A stretch of DNA of 64,000 nucleotides from an uncultured virus (IMG/VR IMGVR_UViG_3300042691_055975) (taxonomy: Duplodnaviria > Heunggongvirae > Uroviricota > Caudoviricetes), in the IMG/VR virus record IMGVR_UViG_3300042691_055975; one strand, 5' to 3'. Each line of letters starts with the position of its first letter. Position 1 is the stretch's first letter. The notes beneath the pieces were generated by a model. It worked only from the letters and a program-made list of their open reading frames with translations, made no database searches and was not told the DNA's origin. Below are positions 37,785 through 46,621 of this stretch, piece by piece. Position numbers and translations under genes: made by a program.

Positions 37785-38117
37785 ATGGGGGCAGCGACGC
37801 AAGTGAATGAACTGGACTGGATGGGGGCCGAAGGCGGGCGGCTGGCGGCGGCGTTCGCCACCGGCTGCGTTGCGTGCTGGACGTTCCTGCAGGGCTTTTT
37901 CTGGCGCGGCATCCGCAAGTCCTACGAGGCGCGGATCAAGCTGCTCGAGGAGCATAACGACCAGTGCAACCAGCGCCAGCTGCAGCTCGAGACGATGCTG
38001 TGGATGCATGGGCCGCAACAGCTGCGCCAGCAGATGCAGAGCGTCGTTAGCGAAGCGCATATCGAAATGCGGGCCGCGCTTGCGGCCGGACAGGTGGTAA
38101 CGGGAGAAGAGCGATGA
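37785..38117 (+). CDS. Lysis-region membrane protein
   Basis: One TM segment plus coiled coil, upstream of the holin. Confidence 0.6.
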   Translation: MGAATQVNELDWMGAEGGRLAAAFATGCVACWTFLQGFFWRGIRKSYEARIKLLEEHNDQCNQRQLQLETMLWMHGPQQLRQQMQSVVSEAHIEMRAALAAGQVVTGEER

Positions 38118-38308
38118 ATGATGTGACGAAGGTGCAGGCTGTGGCGGCGGTGCGCCAGGTGGCGCTTCTGGTCGGCGGATGGGCGGTGGGCCGCGGCTAT
38201 CTGGACGACGACACGCTGACGATGCTGGTGACGATCGCCGTCATCGTCGTGCCGCTGATCTGGGGCCAGAGCTCCACCCGCAAGCTGGCGAAGTCCAATG
38301 GCGAGTAA
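38114..38308 (+). CDS. Putative holin (2 TM)
   Basis: 64 aa, two hydrophobic segments, basic C-terminus; precedes the endolysin. Confidence 0.7.
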   Translation: MNDVTKVQAVAAVRQVALLVGGWAVGRGYLDDDTLTMLVTIAVIVVPLIWGQSSTRKLAKSNGE

Positions 38309-38930
38309 GAGCAAGGTCGCGCTGGGCGGCGGCGCTGCCCTGGCGGCGTCGATCGCCGTCATCCTCGGTGGCATCTACGAGGATGAAGGCGGCTATGTGA
38401 ATCATAAGGCCGACCGTGGCGGCGAAACGATGCGCGGCGTGACGGCGGGCGTCGCGCGCGAGGCGGGTTATCTCGGGCCGATGCGCGACCTGCCGAAGGA
38501 ATGTTCGGGACAGGCACCGGTCTGCTCGGACAAAATCTACACCGATCGCTACATGCGCGATCCGGGGTTCCTGCCGCTCATAGAAGCCGATCCGGCGGTC
38601 GGCGAGGAGCTGGTCAACACGGCCGTCAACACTGGCCCTGCGCGGCCGTCGCGCTGGCTCCAGCAGTCGCTGAACGGACTATGCGGCTCCGGCCTGTCGG
38701 TAGATGGCAAGGTCGGCGGTGCCACGCACCGTGCCTTTCGATCGTGTCAAGCGAAGGTCGGGGCCGTCAGCTTCTGCCTGACCATGCTCGACCGGCTCGA
38801 TGGCATGCAGTCCGCCTTCTACGACGGCCTCGTCCGCGCCAACCCATCGCAGCGCGTGTTTCTGAAAGGCTGGAAGGCGCATCGCATCGGCAATGTCGAT
38901 CGCAAGAAATGTGGAGCACAAGGCGCATGA
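38298..38930 (+). CDS. GH108 endolysin with SAR-like N-terminus
   Basis: EGGYVNH.ADRGGET..GVT, VDGKVG..T, F.KGW..RI. Confidence 0.9.
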   Translation: MASKSKVALGGGAALAASIAVILGGIYEDEGGYVNHKADRGGETMRGVTAGVAREAGYLGPMRDLPKECSGQAPVCSDKIYTDRYMRDPGFLPLIEADPAVGEELVNTAVNTGPARPSRWLQQSLNGLCGSGLSVDGKVGGATHRAFRSCQAKVGAVSFCLTMLDRLDGMQSAFYDGLVRANPSQRVFLKGWKAHRIGNVDRKKCGAQGA

Positions 38931-39009
38931 AACGGATCTGCATCGCGCTGCCGCTCACGGCGGTTTTGTGGTTCGGCGTGTTGGTCTCGAGCGCATGGAT
39001 CATGGCGTC

Positions 39010-39351
39010 ATGATCGCTCTGCCCGCTTTCCTCCAGAAGAACGGCGTCATCTTCGGTGCCGGCATCCTGCTCGGGGCTCTCGCCGCGTGGGGGCCTGCGT
39101 CCTGCTCGGGGAAGAGCCAGGCTAACCAGGTCACTGCGCTCAAGAACATCGCCGTTGCCGCGCAGAATAGGGCCACGGCCGAGAAGATGGAGAAGGCCGC
39201 CGCCCTTACCGAAATGGCGCTGGCTGCTCGTACCCGCGCCGAAGTGCAGGATCTGAGGGAGATCGTCCGTGACAAAGCTACCGGTGACGCTGTTGGCAGT
39301 GGCATGCAGCATGTTCTTGAGCGCATGCGGCAAAGAGCCGCCGCCCGCTAG
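39010..39351 (+). CDS. Inner-membrane spanin (Rz-like)
   Basis: N-terminal TM segment plus Ala-rich helix after the endolysin. Confidence 0.65.
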   Translation: MIALPAFLQKNGVIFGAGILLGALAAWGPASCSGKSQANQVTALKNIAVAAQNRATAEKMEKAAALTEMALAARTRAEVQDLREIVRDKATGDAVGSGMQHVLERMRQRAAAR

Positions 39352-39532
39352 GATTCGGGTCCCTCCCAAGTATCTGACCTGCGCGGCGGAGCCTGTGCCG
39401 CCGTCGCCTGCGGGTGAGGGAGGCAAGTTCACCGACGCGCAGGCGTCTAGTTATCTGATCGACGTGATCGAGGCGGGGGCAGACTGCCGCAACAAGGTCG
39501 CTGCGGTTCGGGCGTGGAACGCTCAGGACTGA
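39269..39532 (+). CDS. Outer-membrane spanin lipoprotein (Rz1-like)
   Basis: Lipobox LSAC, Pro-rich, overlaps Rz. Confidence 0.75.
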   Translation: MTKLPVTLLAVACSMFLSACGKEPPPARIRVPPKYLTCAAEPVPPSPAGEGGKFTDAQASSYLIDVIEAGADCRNKVAAVRAWNAQD

Positions 39533-39564
39533 CGGACGTTCTTGCGGCTTGCCCCCCTTCCGCT

Positions 39565-39837
39565 TCACAGATGCACCCGCCCCTCGCGCAGCATTTCGGC
39601 GACGCGCTTCAGATACGCCCAGTGCGCCCCGACGGAATGACCGCTGCGATCCACCATTCGCTCGATCATGCGCGCCGCGATGAGATTGGCACGGCCGGAG
39701 AAGCACGCCCCTTCCTTCTGACAACGACCATATTCCGAGCACCAGGGCGCGAAGCCTTCGCAGCGGGCCATCGCGTCGCCAAAGCGAACGCTATCGGCCT
39801 CGTGTCGAAGATCACGTTCTGTGATGCGCCGGCTCAT
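39565..39837 (-). CDS. Hypothetical Cys-containing protein
   Basis: ATGA-coupled last gene of the leftward operon. Confidence 0.55.
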   Translation of the reverse strand: MSRRITERDLRHEADSVRFGDAMARCEGFAPWCSEYGRCQKEGACFSGRANLIAARMIERMVDRSGHSVGAHWAYLKRVAEMLREGRVHL

Positions 39838-40511
39838 TGCGCCGACCTCCACAGGATCGGCTTCTGATCGCGCGGGATGCGGTGCTTGCCCCGCGCCATG
39901 GGATGCGTCGGCGCGCCGCTCTTCGTCTTCCCCCAGCACCAGAGATCAGGCCACGGCTCCTCGCCGCCATGTATTTCTTCGATCACATGCTCGATCCACA
40001 TGCCGTCCCAAGCGATGTTGCCCCAGCAGACGAATACCTGCGCGCTCTCCTTCGCCACCTTCACGACATGCGGCAGGTTCGTCATCAGCATCTGGTCGCG
40101 CGCATACCAGTCGTCTGTCTTGTGCCAGTCGGCCTTGCGCCGGCACTCGGCCGGGCTGGATGTGCAGAAGGGGTAGAGATTGACGGCCCGATAGCCGCCG
40201 AAGCCAAACAGCTGGAACCAGGCGTTCCACCATAGCGAGGTGGGATCATCGCCGTAGGCATTAGCCGTGGAGGGATTGCAGCCGATCACGCATGCAATCG
40301 GCCCTGGTCCCCAGCGCCGGCCGAGTTCGATGCGCTCCTCGCCCGCGAAGATGGCGGCCCGCTCCATCGTGTCGTGGCCAAACAAGTCTTTGTCGAAGGG
40401 CGCGTTCATGTCAGCGGCCCCAGCATGATCTTGAGCTGCGCCACGCGCCTCCGCTATGCCAATGACAGATGCGGCGGCTTGTTGCGCCATCTCACTCACC
40501 ATGGCGTTCAT
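39834..40511 (-). CDS. DUF1643 family protein
   Basis: GCNPSTA..DDPT, VNLYP..TSSP, CWG..K.G.P.HP; true start may be 40409. Confidence 0.85.
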   Translation of the reverse strand: MNAMVSEMAQQAAASVIGIAEARGAAQDHAGAADMNAPFDKDLFGHDTMERAAIFAGEERIELGRRWGPGPIACVIGCNPSTANAYGDDPTSLWWNAWFQLFGFGGYRAVNLYPFCTSSPAECRRKADWHKTDDWYARDQMLMTNLPHVVKVAKESAQVFVCWGNIAWDGMWIEHVIEEIHGGEEPWPDLWCWGKTKSGAPTHPMARGKHRIPRDQKPILWRSAQ

Positions 40512-40720
40512 GACCTTTCACCGGGCGCGGGCGCTAGAGTCAGGCGTGTCTTCCTGCGTCGCCGTTGCGCGCAGTTCCATGATCGCATTGCATCAAGAGC
40601 CGCCTCCGCCGCTGCACAGGACTCCTCGACGCCGAACCGGGCCTGACCGCTGGGGTAGCGACATTTCGCGCGAATATGTCCGGCGACGAAGTGGACCATA
40701 TCCGGGTTCTCACTCACCAT
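40508..40720 (-). CDS. Phage hypothetical protein
   Basis: Overlap-coupled in the leftward chain. Confidence 0.45.
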   Translation of the reverse strand: MVSENPDMVHFVAGHIRAKCRYPSGQARFGVEESCAAAEAALDAMRSWNCAQRRRRKTRLTLAPAPGERS

Positions 40721-40961
40721 GGCGCTTCTCCGATTGCTTGAGGGTGGCGCGCATTTCGATCATGCGCGCGCCTTCCGGGCACCAATCTGGCGTGTCCCAA
40801 CGAGTGTCGGCCACAAGGCGGTTCGGCTGGCTGGGATGATCGCAATAGACATCCCGACCACTATCGCCCTGCACTTGATAGCGCTCCGAACGCTCGTATT
40901 TGCAGCCCGAACAGGTTGCCGCGAGGTGCAGATGAGGGCCTATGCGTTCGTTCGCCATCAC
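40710..40961 (-). CDS. Small Cys-motif protein
   Basis: CSGCKY..YCDHP..TPDWCP. Confidence 0.6.
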   Translation of the reverse strand: MMANERIGPHLHLAATCSGCKYERSERYQVQGDSGRDVYCDHPSQPNRLVADTRWDTPDWCPEGARMIEMRATLKQSEKRHGE

Positions 40962-41305
40962 CCCTCTCCCCTATCGGCCTCGACGCTCTGCACTTGGGGA
41001 GCGGGCTTGGATGGCATGAAAGACCAATCCGCAAAGCACTCGCCAAAGCCTATGCTTAGTGTGTAGGCAACGCGCCCGTGGTTCTTGATGGTCGGCTCGC
41101 CAATCTCATCGACCGCGAACTGCGACAGCACATCGTCCAGAACTTCTCGTGGTGTCGAAACGTCCTCGCGCCACGGGATCGCGATCACATCGAAGTCGCG
41201 GGCCATGGACCCATGAACAGCCAGCGCGTAACCGTGCTTACGGGCGATCTCTGCGAACTGTGGATAGAGCGCCGCATACCACGGCGCAAAGTTGGCGGGC
41301 TTCAC
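40958..41305 (-). CDS. Conserved phage protein with nucleotidyltransferase-like motif
   Basis: GYALAVHGSMARDFDVIAIPW. Confidence 0.65.
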   Translation of the reverse strand: MKPANFAPWYAALYPQFAEIARKHGYALAVHGSMARDFDVIAIPWREDVSTPREVLDDVLSQFAVDEIGEPTIKNHGRVAYTLSIGFGECFADWSFMPSKPAPQVQSVEADRGEG

Positions 41306-42255
41306 TTCGCACCTCCATCGGCATCGGGGGATTTGGTGGATGAGAGGGCGCCCACGATTTGCTCAAACTTCGCAGTAGGGATCAGCACATAGCCGGGATG
41401 GTGCGCCTCGCTGGTCATGTAATCATCATCGATGCCTTCGACCGCCTTGCGTAGCTCGTCTTGGGCTGCTCCTATGGCGACAAGCGTAGAAATTACCGCG
41501 TCGGCGGAGTGCAAGGCGTCCGTCCAATTGCCTGTTTTAAAATCCTTGGCGTGCTCCGCTGCCCGAATACCCGCTGACCCCTGAATGATATTGTAGGCGA
41601 TCAACTCTCGATACTCCCGCACCGCATCATCGGGTTGACGCGGCTGGGTGGAGAGGGCTGCGGCAAGTGCAGCGTCCGCCATGCGATAGATGCGCTCGCG
41701 ATGCTCATCAACGTCATGATCTTCGGTCAATGCACCGGGGCATGTGCTGCTATTGCAAGCCTCGCCAACATCGCCGCTGCATTGCTCGTAAATGTCGATA
41801 CCAAGTATTTTGGCGATGGCCTGTGCAGCAGCTTCGCGTCCCGTCCCGTCCGCATCGGCGGCGGGTTGGGAGAGGGCCTGACGGAAATCAGCGACATGCG
41901 CTTCCATCAGTGGATTGTTGCCAGCATCCGCACGGTCGCCATCGTCATAGTCCGCTAGGAAGCGCTGAACAGCCTTGGCCAGCCCCTCACCAGCAACAGC
42001 AGGGTGGGCGTAGAGGGGCGTCTCTTCAACGCCTTCGGGCAACTGTTGCACTCGCCCTTTGTGAAATTCAACGTGGCCGGGCATGGTATACATCCAAGCC
42101 ACAGCCTCACCGGCATCGGGTCGCGAGGATAGGGCGCGCCACTCGTCATCAGCCTTGTGAAGGGCGTCCATGGACGGGAATTTGAACACCATCTCGTATC
42201 GGCCTTCGCCAGAGACAGTCGTGCGAAACGCAGCGCGCAGATTTGGCATACTCAT
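41302..42255 (-). CDS. Mosaic early phage protein
   Basis: EAVAW..ETPLYAHP module typical of modular early genes. Confidence 0.65.
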   Translation of the reverse strand: MSMPNLRAAFRTTVSGEGRYEMVFKFPSMDALHKADDEWRALSSRPDAGEAVAWMYTMPGHVEFHKGRVQQLPEGVEETPLYAHPAVAGEGLAKAVQRFLADYDDGDRADAGNNPLMEAHVADFRQALSQPAADADGTGREAAAQAIAKILGIDIYEQCSGDVGEACNSSTCPGALTEDHDVDEHRERIYRMADAALAAALSTQPRQPDDAVREYRELIAYNIIQGSAGIRAAEHAKDFKTGNWTDALHSADAVISTLVAIGAAQDELRKAVEGIDDDYMTSEAHHPGYVLIPTAKFEQIVGALSSTKSPDADGGAK

Positions 42256-42392
42256 AGCTTGCGGACCTCATAATATTCACCCGCGAACCGGCGCTCGAAC
42301 CACTCCAGCCACAGGATTTCATCGCCGATCTTGACCGGCAGAAAGGCAAAGCGCTTGCGCCAGCCATCGTCTTGCTTAGCGGGCCACTTCAC
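42252..42392 (-). CDS. Small hypothetical protein (46 aa)
   Basis: WRKRFAFLPVKIG..LWLEW; overlap-coupled; not in the ORF track. Confidence 0.55.
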   Translation of the reverse strand: MKWPAKQDDGWRKRFAFLPVKIGDEILWLEWFERRFAGEYYEVRKL

Positions 42393-42427
42393 GGCTCCAG
42401 CGCTTCCACCAGCTTATCGGTCATGGT

Positions 42428-43714
42428 CTACGATCCCTTCTCATCGCGCTCACCGAGCGCCTGGATGTGCTGGCGCCGGACGAGGGCGATGCGCCGCCCC
42501 TTCTCCGCCGTCGCCTTGTTGTAGGTCTGCGTCTGGGCCAGCGTCTTGTGGCCGGAGATGGGCCGGACGTCCGTTTCGCCGGCGTCGCCGATCTCTGTGA
42601 TCCCGCCATGCCGGAAGCCGGTGAAGGTCATCTGCTTGGGCAGGCCCGCCTTGTCGCAGATCCGGCGATGCACGGTTGACATCCACCGCGGGTCGAACGG
42701 CTTGCCGTTCCGCCCGTCCAGGATCATAGCGCCCGTCGGCTGGCCGAACTCATCGCGCGCCGCATACAGGCGCAGCGCCATCAGCTCCGCCTCCAGATCG
42801 GGATAGAGCGCCACCGTCTCGCCTTCGACCTCGATCGTGAGATCGAGCCATACGGGGTTGCCAGTCTTCCGCTGGATCAGCGCCAGGGCGATGCCGGGCT
42901 TGTAGACGGACCATTGCAGGCCCGGCGGCGGCTCGCGCCCCTCCGCCACCGCCTCATCGTCCGGCCAGAAGCCGAAGACGTGGCTGACACGCTGGCAGGC
43001 CTCGAAGCATAGCGCGGCGGCGGCGGCCATGTTCTGATAGCCCATCGCGCGCGCCGTCTCGCGGTAGAGGTCATATTCCGCGCGGCTGGTCGGCCGGTTC
43101 TCGCCCGCGGCGGTGCTGATCAGGCCCATGCCGGCGAAGGGGTTATCCTTGACACCCGTCGTGCGCTTGTGGCGGACAGCCCACTTCCACACCAGGCGGC
43201 AGACCTGCATGGCATAAGTGCCCTCACGGTCGCCCTTCTCGGCCCGCAGCTTGGCATAGAGGGCGTCGGCCGATTCCCCGTCCATGTTGGACGCGAGGCG
43301 ATGGCCCAGCTTGCCGCCGCTCTTCGTGGGATAGGCGACGAGCATGTCCATCAGCCGCCTGTAGTCGCGCTGCGTCTTCGGCCTGTTCTTCGTGAAGCGC
43401 TCCTGGCCGCGATACCAGTCGAACAGCCAGGCGATCGATCCGGGCCGCAGGGTGCGCCGCTCAACGCCGAGCCGCCATTCCTTCAGCGCCTCGTTGAGCG
43501 CCTCCGCCTTCTCGACAGCGCCGTCATGGCTCGTGCCGAGTGCGGTTGACTGGAGCGGGCATAGCGCGCCGTGGCGGACGGCCGGGACCGTCTTGCCGGT
43601 CTTCGCGTCCTTCGCCGTCGCCCAGCTGGGCAGCTTCCAATAATAGGCATAGGCGCCCGAGGCCAGCTTAACGCGGCTGGTATAGGCGGGCAGCCTGACG
43701 ATCGCGTTCGCCAT
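42428..43714 (-). CDS. int: Tyrosine integrase
   Basis: EACQRVSH, IQRKTG, GFRHGGITE, SGHKT..TY. Confidence 0.85.
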   Translation of the reverse strand: MANAIVRLPAYTSRVKLASGAYAYYWKLPSWATAKDAKTGKTVPAVRHGALCPLQSTALGTSHDGAVEKAEALNEALKEWRLGVERRTLRPGSIAWLFDWYRGQERFTKNRPKTQRDYRRLMDMLVAYPTKSGGKLGHRLASNMDGESADALYAKLRAEKGDREGTYAMQVCRLVWKWAVRHKRTTGVKDNPFAGMGLISTAAGENRPTSRAEYDLYRETARAMGYQNMAAAAALCFEACQRVSHVFGFWPDDEAVAEGREPPPGLQWSVYKPGIALALIQRKTGNPVWLDLTIEVEGETVALYPDLEAELMALRLYAARDEFGQPTGAMILDGRNGKPFDPRWMSTVHRRICDKAGLPKQMTFTGFRHGGITEIGDAGETDVRPISGHKTLAQTQTYNKATAEKGRRIALVRRQHIQALGERDEKGS

Positions 43715-43944
43715 CAGAAGTCGATCCCGCCCTTCCCTTCGCGGCCGAACAGGTCGGCAAGCGCAGCGTCGAGTTCGCTCCGCAGCGCGATGGCGGCACC
43801 GCGCGGGCCGCGCGAACGGAACCGCACCTTGCCGACGCGCTCCCACTCCTTCATCTGGTCGGCGCTGACGCCCGTATAGGCGAGCGCCAGGTCGCGGTTC
43901 ATCCCCGCCGGCCAGTCGGGCAGCTTTTCAAGGGCGAGGCCCAT
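43714..43944 (-). CDS. Excisionase-like protein
   Basis: PDWPAGMNRDLALAYTGVS..RSELD; TGATG-coupled to int. Confidence 0.7.
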   Translation of the reverse strand: MGLALEKLPDWPAGMNRDLALAYTGVSADQMKEWERVGKVRFRSRGPRGAAIALRSELDAALADLFGREGKGGIDF

Positions 43945-44212
43945 AGAGCGCCTCCTTGTCCTCAGTCTCGCGGATCGGATCGACGTAGATGGCGAGCTTG
44001 TGGATGACGTCTGTCGGAGCGTTTGGCGCATAGCCAGGCACACACCAATGGGCGACTTCCTTGACCAAAAAGGCAGTGACGCCATGCCGAGCACGCACGT
44101 CCTCGCTTGAGCTAGTGGTTGCCCACAGATACTCACCGACTCGCGGCGGGTGGATGAAGTAAGCCTCAAAGACGTTGGTATCGTCATCGAGCATGATGAT
44201 GCCCTTGATCAT
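43928..44212 (-). CDS. Hypothetical protein
   Basis: Overlap-coupled on both sides. Confidence 0.55.
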   Translation of the reverse strand: MIKGIIMLDDDTNVFEAYFIHPPRVGEYLWATTSSSEDVRARHGVTAFLVKEVAHWCVPGYAPNAPTDVIHKLAIYVDPIRETEDKEALYGPRP

Positions 44213-45324
44213 GCCGCCTCTCCGAACAGCATGCCCTGCCCGCCCACCTCAGGCGCCGAGACGAGCGCTGAGAGATAGGAAGGCATCAGCAGCCACCACC
44301 GGGTCCACGCCATTTCCTGTCGCTCGAAGCCGCTCAACCCGGTGGGCCATCGCATCAATGCCTCGACGAAGATGGGATTGAGCTTCCTCCGAACTGAGGG
44401 CTGGTTGGAGTTCGGGGAATCGGTCGAGGACATCGATCCACCGGCTATCGATCGGTCCGGGGATGACGGCGGGCGGAAGCAATGCTTCACGAAATTGGGA
44501 AGCTGGTCGAGGTGTGCTGATCCGGAACTCACTTCCAGATGTTCCGCCGAGTTCGTGCCCTTGTGATCCCTCGCAGCCGGCGCGGGCCATGTGTTCGCCC
44601 AGCGCTTCGTCGCGTCCATCGCCTGCCCGGTCAGCAACAGTTCGTCCGCTCGGTCCCCGCCCCGCGTCAGCCGGGAGCCGTCCGTCACCGCAACCGATGG
44701 TCCTTCCCATTGGGTTGCCTGCATCGAGAGCGCCGTTCCGCCCTGCCCATACTTCTTCGTCCGTGTCCCCGTATCGTCCGCAACCGGGGCCATCCACTCG
44801 CCGCGCCATGATGAACAGTCGTTCCCGCCGCATGGTATTGCCCGCTCGGGCCGAGCTGAATATTCCCGCCGCAACGCGGTAGCCCAGTCCTTCCAGTGGA
44901 GGCGCGATGGCCTCAAGCTGCTCTTCAGCGTTCCCCGGCACGTTTTCTCGGAAGACAAGATCAGGCCGGCACTCCTCGGCAAGGCGCGTGACTTCGGCGG
45001 CAAGGAACCGCTCGCCGTCTGCCCCTGCCCGCTTTCCGGCGACGCTGTTGTCTTGGCAGGGATCGCCCGAAGCGAGGATATGAACTGCTCCGCGCCATGG
45101 TCGAGCGTCGAAGGTGAGCATGTCAGACCAGACAGGCGCCGGATGAAGCCACCCCGCTTCCATTGACGCGACCAAGCTTGCGGCTGCAGCGGCTTCCCTC
45201 TCCACGTAGCAGACGCCTCGGCCAGCCTCTCCCCGATGGTGGAGAGCGAGCAGGATGCCGAGTTCAAGTCCTCCGACGCCTGCGCAGAGTGAGAGGATAT
45301 TCCGGGGATGTAGAGCCATGTCAC
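44209..45324 (-). CDS. Alternative-frame partner (beta-like subunit) of the C5 methyltransferase
   Basis: WPAPAARDHKG and motif IX-like RKLNPIFVEALMRWPTG; 4-bp overlaps with both flanking genes. Confidence 0.7.
   Translation of the reverse strand: MTWLYIPGISSHSAQASEDLNSASCSLSTIGERLAEASATWRGKPLQPQAWSRQWKRGGFIRRLSGLTCSPSTLDHGAEQFISSLRAIPAKTTASPESGQGQTASGSLPPKSRALPRSAGLILSSEKTCRGTLKSSLRPSRLHWKDWATALRREYSARPERAIPCGGNDCSSWRGEWMAPVADDTGTRTKKYGQGGTALSMQATQWEGPSVAVTDGSRLTRGGDRADELLLTGQAMDATKRWANTWPAPAARDHKGTNSAEHLEVSSGSAHLDQLPNFVKHCFRPPSSPDRSIAGGSMSSTDSPNSNQPSVRRKLNPIFVEALMRWPTGLSGFERQEMAWTRWWLLMPSYLSALVSAPEVGGQGMLFGEAA
44249..45319 (-). CDS. C5 cytosine DNA methyltransferase (alpha-like subunit)
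   Basis: SLCAGVGG (I), GDPCQ (IV), ENV (VI), RRERLF (VIII), RLRATGNGV (X). Confidence 0.9.
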   Translation of the reverse strand: MALHPRNILSLCAGVGGLELGILLALHHRGEAGRGVCYVEREAAAAASLVASMEAGWLHPAPVWSDMLTFDARPWRGAVHILASGDPCQDNSVAGKRAGADGERFLAAEVTRLAEECRPDLVFRENVPGNAEEQLEAIAPPLEGLGYRVAAGIFSSARAGNTMRRERLFIMARRVDGPGCGRYGDTDEEVWAGRNGALDAGNPMGRTIGCGDGRLPADAGRGPSGRTVADRAGDGRDEALGEHMARAGCEGSQGHELGGTSGSEFRISTPRPASQFREALLPPAVIPGPIDSRWIDVLDRFPELQPALSSEEAQSHLRRGIDAMAHRVERLRATGNGVDPVVAADAFLSLSARLGA

Positions 45325-46202
45325 GCAGCCTCTCCAACGGACTGAAAGAGAGGGCCGGCATGCATCGCCGCAACCGCCGGCGGGTTGATCCAAAGGCACT
45401 CTGTTCGTGGGCTGTTCCGGTGGGCGCGCGCGGCAATTTCTTTGCGGGCCCAGCCTGGCAGATTCCTATCGTAAGAAGGGTCAGGATAGCCAGACAGGAC
45501 GATCATGGCAGAGCTATCGCGGCAAACATCCAGCAGCTCTCGATGGTCTTCGTCACACATCTCGAAAGCGTAGGTGTGATAACGCTCCCCCGACTTCCTG
45601 CTCTTCGTAGACCTAGTCGCCGGCAGGTAAGGGGGATCGAGATAAATCAGGGTGTCTTCTGACGATAATTTCTTGATCAGCTCGATAGCGGGGCGCTGCT
45701 CGATGCTGACGCCACGCATTCGTTCAACCACTGCATGCAGCGCATCGGGAAGATCAGCCCACTCGCCCGCGACGTTTGTGGTAGCGGTGACGCCATCAGT
45801 ACGAAATCCGGTCGGCCGGTCCATCCGAGCTCCGCCGGTTCCATGCGCCATATGCGATCTGACAACAGTGCGGCGCGCGCGCTCAATTGGCTCGTCGGTA
45901 AGCACGAATGCTGCCCAATATTCTTCCCGGCTATAAGGCGTCAGCGTTAACTGCCTTAGAAGTTCCGGCGCCTCGGAGCTCCGCAGGACGCGGAACAGAT
46001 TGACGAGTTCGCCATCGAGGTCGTTATACACCTCGTTATAGGCACGTGGCTTGTGCAGGAGCACTGACGCAGCACCGCCAAACGGTTCGATATAGATCCG
46101 ATGCGCGGGAAAATGACTGACAATCCACGGAGCTAGACGAAACTTGCCGCCGAGCCAGCGTAGCAATGGGCGAGATGGAGGCAGTACGCTGTCAGGCATC
46201 AA
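45321..46202 (-). CDS. Dam-like (D12 class) adenine methyltransferase
   Basis: WLGGK, EPFGGAASV, YNDLD, YLDPPY. Confidence 0.92.
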   Translation of the reverse strand: MMPDSVLPPSRPLLRWLGGKFRLAPWIVSHFPAHRIYIEPFGGAASVLLHKPRAYNEVYNDLDGELVNLFRVLRSSEAPELLRQLTLTPYSREEYWAAFVLTDEPIERARRTVVRSHMAHGTGGARMDRPTGFRTDGVTATTNVAGEWADLPDALHAVVERMRGVSIEQRPAIELIKKLSSEDTLIYLDPPYLPATRSTKSRKSGERYHTYAFEMCDEDHRELLDVCRDSSAMIVLSGYPDPSYDRNLPGWARKEIAARAHRNSPRTECLWINPPAVAAMHAGPLFQSVGEAA

Positions 46203-46621
46203 TCCGGCCTCCCGATCATTTCATTGTGAACATGGACGAGCGCGCTGATCGCGGCCGAGGCCTCGTCATTTTCGCCGAAGCTGACGAGCACGGTGCGGTC
46301 GGCCGGATCCTCATCGCTCAGGGCGACGATGTGCAGGCCGCGCCCCTGCCAGACCTCGTCGTCGGCCAGTTCGCCCGGGTGCCGATGGCTCTCCGCCCAT
46401 CGCTTGCCGTAGTTGGCGCGCAGCGCGTCGCAGGCGACGTCGAACGGGTCGGGCGGATATTGCGGAACGCCCTCTTCAGCGCAGAGCTTGCACAGCGCCG
46501 CACGGCGCGGGCACACCACATAGCGCCCGTCATATTGCTTGGTGGCATGCGCTGGGCCGTATTTCGACATGACGATGATCACGGCGGCCCGGTCGGTGAC
46601 GTCGGCGCCGAACTTAGCCAT
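46199..46621 (-). CDS. Hypothetical protein
   Basis: Overlap-coupled; GGAG Shine-Dalgarno. Confidence 0.55.
   Translation of the reverse strand: MAKFGADVTDRAAVIIVMSKYGPAHATKQYDGRYVVCPRRAALCKLCAEEGVPQYPPDPFDVACDALRANYGKRWAESHRHPGELADDEVWQGRGLHIVALSDEDPADRTVLVSFGENDEASAAISALVHVHNEMIGRPD

Larger units (their letters stand above)
1..39532. mobile_element. Phage/prophage 1, BPP-1/epsilon15-like temperate podovirus
   Basis: Gene order int-xis-early genes-cI/cro-replication-terminase-T7-like portal-capsid-tail tubular-ejection proteins-fibre-lysis; no tape measure or tail tube gene. The left att site would lie outside the window. Confidence 0.9.

Noticed and set aside
12967..39532. Diversity-generating retroelement, expected by analogy with BPP-1
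   Set aside because: No reverse transcriptase ORF and no TR/VR repeat pair noticed.
39533..39564. att core or tRNA fragment at the phage junction
   Set aside because: No matching repeat or tRNA-like sequence seen inside the window.
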